Below, one piece after another: positions 53,892 to 64,000 of a stretch of 64,000 nt of DNA. This stretch comes from Octopus sinensis (lineage: Eukaryota), in the NCBI RefSeq assembly GCF_006345805.1, contig NC_042997.1:5208001-5272000 (forward strand), written 5' to 3'. Position 1 is the first letter of the stretch, and each line of letters begins with the position of its first letter. The notes beneath the pieces are model-generated. The model was given only the letters and a program-made list of their open reading frames with translations. It was not told where the DNA came from and ran no database searches. The translations under genes were made by a program, and so were the position numbers.

Positions 53892-54608
53892 ACTGTGTGT
53901 TTACAAAAAATTGATATCATTTAGCAATCTCATAACTTTGCCAATTCTTGTTCAAATGAATTCAAATTTTAACAGCATGTGTAGAAACAGGTCCAAATTT
54001 ATGCTTAATATTTGATATGTTTATATTTTTGGGTATAGAAATGGTATTCACTGGAAGAGAAAAGACGTTTTGTGCGTTTTAGTATGCTCCAATACAGTCG
54101 AACAATATTGTGCAGCCTGCAGTTGCGAGAGTGTTCTCTAAAAATTTACCAACATCAATACATATTTGAACATGGCACAAAAAAATCAAAGACGAAGGCT
54201 GTCTGTGCAGGGCAAAAGGATATAAACGACCACTAGCATCGGAAGAAACTGTGGAGCGGGTTCGCCAAAAACGCTTGCGAAGCTCCAAAAAGTCCATAAG
54301 ATTAACAAGTCTTGAAACCCAGATTCCTCCAGCGATTTTGGCGCGTCCTGAGGAAGCCCTTGCTAATGAAACTCTAGAAGCTGCAGGTCGTGTTTAGAAG
54401 GAGACGTGTGCCTTGTCTCAGACAGTGCGCATATTGAACATTTGTAAAATCGTTCATGGAATCCACGCACCTTTGAATTTCTCATTCAAATTTCGAGGAA
54501 TAAATCTTATATTGCCCAACATTAAACCTGTTTAATTTCATTTGCTTTGACTATGTAGTTTCTGTGATATTTACATCTGAAATGGTATCAACTTTTTTGA
54601 AACACCCG

Positions 54609-54609
<1 letters not shown>
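53892..54609 (+). mobile_element. Internally deleted Tc1/mariner element (DUF4817-like HTH N-terminus)
   Basis: Imperfect TIRs ACTGTGTGTTTACAAAAAATTGATATCATTT and AAATGGTATCAACTTTTTTGAAACACCCGT; frameshifted MVFTGREKTFC...WHKKIKDEGCLC...SEETVERVRQ. Confidence 0.72.
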
Positions 54610-54651
<42 letters not shown>

Positions 54652-54671
54652 AGCTGAAAATTTCCGAATTA

Positions 54672-54988
54672 GCTCTCCGTCGGTTACGACAATGAGGGTT
54701 CCTGTTAATCCGATCAACGGAACAGCCTGCTCGTGAAACTAACGATCAAGTGGTAGAACATCCCACACACACGTGTCCTCTTAACGTAATTCTCAAGGAG
54801 ATTCAGCGTTGCACGGAATGGGACAAGGCCAGCCCTTTGTATTATAGGTACAAATCATATTTGCCAGCACGCTGGAGTGGGAAAATTTAAATAAAGCGTC
54901 TGGCACAAATCGACACCAGGTTTGCACACATGATCTTAGGTTCATGAGTTGAATATTCCAAGTCACTAAGCCGACGTACCTTCACATA
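54672..54988 (-). mobile_element. SINE with family D-like head and family C 3' half
   Basis: Minus strand reads TGAAGGTACGTCGGCTTAGTG... then AAGGG..GGCCTTGTC...TTTCACGAGCAGGCTGTTCCGTTGATCGG...GTCGTAACCGACGGAG. Confidence 0.7.
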
Positions 54989-55095
54989 TACATACATACA
55001 CACACACATGCACACACATATATTTAATATATATGTTATATTCAATATATTTGATGTCTAATTTGCATATCCCAATAATTGCTTATATATACATA

Positions 55096-55144
<49 letters not shown>

Positions 55145-55301
55145 ACGTGTGTGTGTGTAATGTGTGTATGTGTGTGTATCTGACTACGAATATGTATGTG
55201 TAACGGCTACTGATTCTTTTATATCTCTAACAAGTGCAATTATACATATGAATATAACATTCGGAAAGGCACGATTGAATCTGTTATTTAATATTCATTA
55301 C

Positions 55302-55460
55302 CTCTTCGGAGAGGAGGATGCAGTCGATTTCTTCTGCTCTGCGTGACATATAGCCAATCGGGAGCTTTCCTCGAAATCATTGATTGTTCTTTCATTTTCA
55401 TATGTAATTCAGTGTCTTGTTTGTCAATTACAGAAATCATTATTCGTCTAGATTTCCTTT
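55302..55460 (-). CDS. Candidate 159-nt exon (RKSRRIMISVIDKQDTELHMKMKEQSMISRKAPDWLYVTQSRRNRLHPPLRR), phase 1 to 1
   Basis: Donor GAG|GTAATG, acceptor TGTTTTAAAG (weak), 52 open codons; the final G joins GT of the 48970 exon to give Gly in frame. Confidence 0.45.
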
Positions 55461-56166
55461 CTTTAAAACAATTTAATTATATTCATAACATTTATGTGAA
55501 ATTAATTATATGTCAGTGCTTTTTGTTGGTTGTCCACTTTTATTGTAGAATATTATTACAAGTTGTAATAATTATTCCTTTTTGAATAAGCAGTGTCCAT
55601 GTGTGACAAATTGTTTCCGGCAATTTTCTTCCCCAATAGTTCTATACCAATAAAATAAAATCACATAAGTTGGTAATGTGTGCAATACCAGTTTTGGTAT
55701 CAATGTTTATACCATTAATTCGTCATTGTAAGTAAATGTTTGTTCTCTATTTAAATATATTTTTTAAAAAACACTTTCGCATTTTACAGCTTCACGTATT
55801 GTTCATGTTAAGATTTTTTAATATAGGTTTTTTTTTTAATTTTACCCCAAAGAAAAGTAGTTTGTTTTACATTTTAGCTATTTTTCACAGAACTTAAATT
55901 CCAAGTGTTAGAGGATTAACATGAAAGCGTCAGAGTTCCAGAATTTTTTACTTGGTTTCATTTACGTTTCAACTATATTTTCAACTATATCTTGCCACGT
56001 TTCTATCGAATTTCATTTGGGCAGCTACAGTTCTCGTTAAATTTATTTGAACTAATAGTTTTCAACTAGTATTATTGCAAGTAAAGTAATATGCAAAATT
56101 ACAAAAGCAGAAATCCTATAGCAGATGAAATAATCTTTAAGTTGTCACTGAAACCTCTATAATTAT

Positions 56167-56470
56167 GCGCGGCTGTTTATGTTAAGAAGTTTACTACCCA
56201 CCCAACCACATGATTCCGGGTTCAGTTCCACTGAGTGGTACCTTGGGCAAGTGTTTTCTACTATAGTCTCGGACCGCCCAAAATCTTGTGATTAGATTTC
56301 TTAGACGGAAACAAAATAAATCTCGTCATATATATATATATATGCGTGTGTGTATGTGTGTGTGTCCAGTCTTTAAAAAATAGATACTGGGGTTGAATTA
56401 TTCCATTAATATTATTCAAGGCTGTGCCTCTGCATGGCTGCTGCCTAATTACTGAAACAAGTAAAAGATA
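56167..56470 (+). mobile_element. Degenerate, internally shortened family A SINE
   Basis: ATTCCGGGTTCAGTTCCACTG...ACCTTGGGCAAGTG...ACTGAAACAAGTAAAAGA. Confidence 0.8.
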
Positions 56471-56767
56471 CACGATATCCTATGCATCAAAGACCAGAAA
56501 AAGATGAAATAACGCAGTTGGAGATATATGAAAATATAGAAGGTCTGATTTGGTTTTAGATCTCCTGTATCATGACGGACGGTGCTAAAGAAAAGCAACT
56601 GCTACCAAGTTTTTAGGCACTTGAAAAAAAATGTGTAGCATAATTTCGAAAATGAATTTTATGTAAAATATATTTATTATTGTTACATTGCTTTGTAAAA
56701 CATGCTTAGATATAATTACCCAAAAGAAGCTATAACTCTCTAAGGTTTTAATATATACACGTGCGTG

Positions 56768-56842
<75 letters not shown>

Positions 56843-57268
56843 ATGTATGTATGTATAAAGTCTGTTTATGTAATGGAATGTAAATGATGTTCTTGAAATT
56901 AATAAAATATTTAAAAAAGGTGTGCACCTTTTCTCGTTTATATACTTCCAATTATGTGTACTGATTTAGATATATATATAAATTAACAGAATGAGATAAA
57001 AAAATACAAGACTGTGAATAATTTACAGAACATTCATAAAGAGTAGGCCTTACATCTGTTTCTGGGATATTTTATATATCCCTTCATCACAGACGTTGCA
57101 AGAAAATGTTTAAGTAATAGTTGTTATAGAAATGATATGGTATACAGAGTAAAGTGGAGGAATAAAATATGTGAGAAACGTAAAAATATTTTATTTGTAG
57201 TTCCATTATTTATGCAGGATGGTGTATATATAAATTTCCTGTACCTTGTGTGTGAGTTTCAATATATT

Positions 57269-57375
<107 letters not shown>

Positions 57376-57557
57376 TCAATATAGGGTGGCAAAAAATTTT
57401 GTAGAATTTTTTTGCCACCAGCGGCCTGGTTTACGGAATTGATGTTTATTTGCGGTTGAAGCTTTGGCTGTTATTTCTAGTGGGTGAATGGCCTATTATG
57501 GCCGTTCCTTGATTGTGATGATATATATATATATAATATATATATATAATAATATAT

Positions 57558-57589
<32 letters not shown>

Positions 57590-57591
<2 letters not shown>

Positions 57592-58200
57592 ACTAATATG
57601 GGATAAAAACTTTTTCGGGAAAATAATTTTATCAATGGCCAGCATTTAAAAAAATACCTTTAAAGGTTAAATTTATAAATAATTTACAAGATAAGGGCAA
57701 AAGACAAATTATAATGCCAAATATGCCGAAAAAAAGACAAAGCTTTTCAATAACCATCATAATTTATGCGTCTCGAAACAAACCGATAGAAATTTCTAAA
57801 AAATTCATTATGTCCGTATTGGTCCAATTTCGGGGTTAATTAATAAGAAATTTTCCCCTCTTCAGCGGAAAATACGCGAGATATAAGTGAAATACTTACT
57901 CATACCCATGGAAAAAGCAAACACCAAGTCCTGAGCAGACCTAAGTACCCCAAATATATCCAAAATAGAAAACTGTTCGGTACATCTCGAGACACGTGTG
58001 ATTCGAACTAGAAACTTTCACAGAGTGATAGAATCCGGAGTGAACACTAATCAATTTATAACTAATATAGGATAAAACTCTTTTCGGGAAAAAAAATTAT
58101 CAATGACCAGCATATCAAAAAATACCTTTAAAGGTTAAATTTATAAATTATTTACAAGATAAGGGCAAACGAAAAATTCTAATGCCAAATATGCCGAAAA
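57590..58200. repeat. ~142-bp direct repeats (57590-57732 and 58059-58200), period 469 bp
   Basis: TAACTAATAT.GGATAAAA...AATACCTTTAAAGGTTAAATTTATAAAT...ATGCCAAATATGCCGAAAA present twice. Confidence 0.85.
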
Positions 58201-60473
58201 TATATATGAATTTATATGCATACCTATACATTCCTACACATATTACATTAAAAAGAACTACATAAATCCTCCGTTGTTCGACCAGTTAACCAACCTCATG
58301 ACATGGAACAATAATCTACCGACAAGCGTTACTCTAATTTAATATTCGAACTGATTATTTCCTGTGATACAGTGTGTGAAAAAAACTTGTCATTTGATTT
58401 CCAAGGGCACTCTTTCTATTGGTTTTAGTTTCCGTTTGCAAATGCTTAACTGTACTTAAGGCTAATGTCGACATGAAGCTATGGTAAATGGTTGATCGAA
58501 ACCAGCATGTTATGACTGTTTTGTTGAATTCTAAGCAATGACATATTTCTCTCTCACCCTTTTATTCACATGCCCTTTTACATGCACATACGTTTCAATA
58601 CACACTTCAATACATGCATACATGAATTTACATTTATACATTCGTACATACATATATTGCCAACGCTTATGGCGGATTAATATGGAACTTACAGGTCTTG
58701 TACCATGACTACGTATTCTCACTTGTACCTACCATCATAGGTGTGTTAGGTGTATTACGTTACACAATAGCCTAGAAATATTTGGTTACACAGAAAAAAG
58801 AGCAAAATAATCTGACGCGGAATCTCCAAGTCCAATGTATTTGTGGCGCACTGCAGATTTACAAGACATTCCGAAAATTCTCCATGTGAGGTCCTTATGT
58901 AAATAAATGCACACATCTTGGTCTAAGCAACACAGCAAATCAATCACGTACTTACAAACACCGGGAACTCTCTTAACTCAAAATTCTTGTTGCTTTGCTA
59001 GCGACTGCCTTAAACTATCTTAAGAACTTAAATTAAATTCAAAGAATAATATATACATACATGCAGATATAAAAATACAATAAAGTCAGGGACTTGTGAA
59101 CGTTCATGAGAAATTGATTTAGCTGCGAAGTGTCTTAAACAAATCTGTTTTATGATATCTTTGGTTGAATACACGTTTTAAGAATTATACTGGACATACA
59201 GAGTGTGTGGACACCGCCAGATAGATTATATACAATAGGTATAGAATATTTATTCACTCAAACTCGAATTAATGTGTAGTCTGTTTATTTTATCTAACAC
59301 CTGTTTGTCATGTGTGCTGAAAGTGAACGTCTCCTCGATATTCAGGAAACTATGAAACTCAAACGATTTCAATAAACATCATATAGGTGCTAATTATTCA
59401 GACATACCAGTCATTTTTAATGTGCGTTGCTGTTTTTGTGCGTGTGTGTTTTGAGATGTGAAAAAAGAAAACAAGGATTAAATGTAGGTCGAGAATAAAA
59501 GAGAGAGAGATATAAGAAAAGGGGATAGGCTGGACATTTGGTATATTTTTTTAACACCTGTTAGATATGCATATTTATTTTGGAAAAGAAAGGAGAAACA
59601 TATATATAAATAGAACATTAATTATTGCTAATTTACTTGCCTTTTTTTATCTCCGTTCTATTTGCCATTATGGAATAGATCTTGGAAATTCTTCATTATT
59701 TATGCATATATTCATTTTTTATTATATTTTCCTTGTATCACTGTCGATGATTCGGGACACTTTTTGAAACACTGCATATATTTAGTGTTGATTTAACAAC
59801 AGACATTCATTGTAACAACGCGAAAATATTCACATATTCAGAAATATTCTGGAAATGTAGCACAGTTGGAAATATTGTAAACGGATAAGACTAATCCAAT
59901 TACCGAATTGAGAGTAATATGCAATTTCACAAAAACAATATAGTTACGAAAGGTAAAAAAATGAAAGCAAATAAGCGATAGTACCAAATTTTTAAATCTA
60001 AAAATTTACTAACGAAAAAGAAGTGACGCTTGTGAAAACATAAAAACTATTAAAATCTTACCTAAGTTTCTCAATGCATTGATGCCAAAATAAGTGGATT
60101 ATAACGAAGCAAGAACATTTACAGTGAAATTATTTTAATGGTTCTATGAGACAACAAACCTCACTTATATCCAATATTGTGAACATGTATTATTTAACTC
60201 TATGGCGCCTATCTTCATTAAATGGGAAAATATAGAACCGATTAGGTGATAGAAATTTTATGATGAGACACAAAGTGACAAGCTATCTACAGAGGAGAGC
60301 GAATAAAAAGAGAGCTGATTTTTTCTTGTACCATGTGAAAAAGACCCCTGTAAATAAAATTAATATATATACACAGCTGATTTAATAGGTACATTTGGCA
60401 GCTAATACTTGAAAGGAGATCGACAAAGCACAATGAATCTTCATAAACGGAATTCAAGAACTAAAAATAAGAT

Positions 60474-60508
<35 letters not shown>

Positions 60509-60657
60509 AGTGCATAAGTATATATTGATACATATGTATATATATGTATGTATATATAAATATATATATGTATATATGTATATATATGTGCGTGTGCGTG
60601 TATATTTATATATGTGTGTGTATATGTGTATATGTATATGTGTATATATGTATGCAC

Positions 60658-61984
<1,327 letters not shown>

Positions 61985-62030
61985 ACACACACACATACAT
62001 ATATATGTATATTATATATATATAATATAT

Positions 62031-62075
<45 letters not shown>

Positions 62076-62960
62076 TTATATGTATGTATATGTGTGTATA
62101 GGTGTATATATTTGTATATAGATATATGTATATATATATATAATATATATATACATATATACATGCATATATATTTATATACACATGCATATATATGTAT
62201 ATATATATATATCTATATAGATATATGTATGCAGGTATACATATGTATATATGTATGTATATATATATATATAATATATATATATTATATATATATATGT
62301 ATATATATATGCATATGCGTATATGTATATATATGTATATATAGGTATATATATATATATAGGTATATATATATATAATATATATATTATATATATATAT
62401 ATATATATAATATATATATAGGTATATATATATATATATATATATATAAATTTATAAATAAGGATAATATCGATATTATCTAGTGGCCAGCATGGGAATA
62501 AATACCATATAAAGATAATGAACGCTGGCCAAGAGATAATATCGATGTTCAAATATCGATATTACCCTTATTTATAAATTTATATAATTCGTCACTATAT
62601 TCACTGCGGTGTTTATTTTGACCATATCGCATTTATGATGTGGTTGGTGGGCAATTTGAACTTGCCTTGTACATACGTGTATATATATGTATGTATGGAC
62701 GTTCATGTATGTAAGTATAACGTGTGTTCTGTATATGTATATTTGTATTTATGTGCCCATCTGGTATATTCAACTAATGAAGGCAGAGCTTATTTGAAAC
62801 AAAGCTAGAAATCCAGGATCTTGAATTATCCAGTAATATCTTTTTGCTAGTTTATTTTGTCTCTATGTCTTATCTCATGGTGCGATATGGACAGTTAAGG
62901 TGGTTTTTAGAGTCAAGGTTTTGACTGCTATTTCGGCATGGTGGTGTTTCTCAGATACCC

Positions 62961-63002
<42 letters not shown>

Positions 63003-63047
63003 CTGTATGGATAATAACGTACTGGTGCCTCAACTTAGGTACATTAT

Positions 63048-63085
<38 letters not shown>

Positions 63086-63189
63086 ATATATATATATATA
63101 TATATAAAGACATATACATTTATATATGGTGATTACCTACTTTTTATGCAGTTTGACCACCTTCTGTACCTACATCTGTTGACCATCGT

Positions 63190-63680
63190 GGCATCTGATG
63201 TGGGTTTTTAAACAAGACAATGTTCTGAAAAACACTCACTCAGATTACTTATCCGCTTTGGATCACCAAGAGCTGCAGATAAGTTCTGAAATTCGTGGAA
63301 CTTAAACTGTCTTTTGAGGCCTCCGTTGGATTTGCAAACCTTCTGGCATACACTGCATTCCAAGGTTTGCACAGATATATAGACAGCATATTCGGTGGGG
63401 TTTCGTTTTCTATGAGTTCGCCAATGAGATTCGAGCCCAGCAAAAGACAGGCATACTCTGTCACTGTCTGTGCACACATAAAGTTCATTTCCCTTCATCT
63501 TCTCGATCGTTTCATTCTTCCTTGGATCACTTTGAGTTTTACATGCGTTATCCTGACCTCTTCAAAGGCTTTCACTCAACTCCACACTTTTGTTCGCCAT
63601 CCAACTCGATCCGAAGCAAGGATTTCTATGTCTTTTGGCTCCATTGACCCAATGATCCATTTATCTTAACTTCTAACAAC
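63190..63680 (-). mobile_element. RTE-clade LINE 3' fragment
   Basis: ILASDRVGWRTKV...AFEE and terminal zinc finger CSVCQKVCKSNGGLKRQFKFH. Confidence 0.55.
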
Positions 63681-64000
63681 AGAGGAAGGAACGGCTCTGA
63701 TCGTCTATCTTTTTATTTCAATTAAGTTGTGAGAGAAGCAATCGATGCCAACTCAGCCTGCTAAAATATAATAAGTGATGGGACTAGATGTCGGCTTCAT
63801 CTTTGCAAAATGAGCAAAGCATAGAGTAGTAACAATGGAGTGAGTGAAGGGGAGGGGATGATAATGAGAAAAAGTAAGACAGGGAAGTTTAATTTAGTCC
63901 GATTCATTACCGTATTAAAAGCATTTAGAAATAATGAGATAAAATTATAAAAGAACATAAAATAGGGGTGGCAATCAAATCCCAATTGCAAAAAAGGGAG

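Overview
This is eukaryotic, AT-rich, microsatellite-dense genomic DNA. The SINE families and repeat style suggest a mollusc, most likely octopus/cephalopod (inference, not checked against a database). I found no prokaryotic operons, rRNA genes, standalone tRNA genes or CRISPR arrays, and most of the supplied ORFs are microsatellite translation artefacts. The window is largely transposable-element debris: (1) a same-strand stack of R4/Dong-type restriction-like-endonuclease (RLE) retrotransposons at 16.8-33 kb, whose recognisable ends sit in (TAA)n tracts, together with a 553-bp non-coding element flanked by the same repeat; (2) Penelope-like elements, one with a ~440-bp fold-back, plus a separate Penelope-type minimal hammerhead ribozyme motif; (3) a full-length but disrupted mariner, two other Tc1/mariner remnants and a GC-rich Tol2-like hAT remnant; (4) CR1-like and RTE-like LINE fragments; (5) several tRNA-derived SINE families; (6) two recent tandem duplications (about 1574 bp and 691 bp). 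A few phase-compatible minus-strand exons (55.3, 48.9, 7.3 and 4.7 kb) suggest most of the window is intronic to an unidentified host gene, but this is tentative. I see no convincing wholly novel biological system. The best leads are the TAA-targeted retroelement stack with its possible non-autonomous partner, the hammerhead motif, the Tol2-like hAT and the orphan spliced gene.
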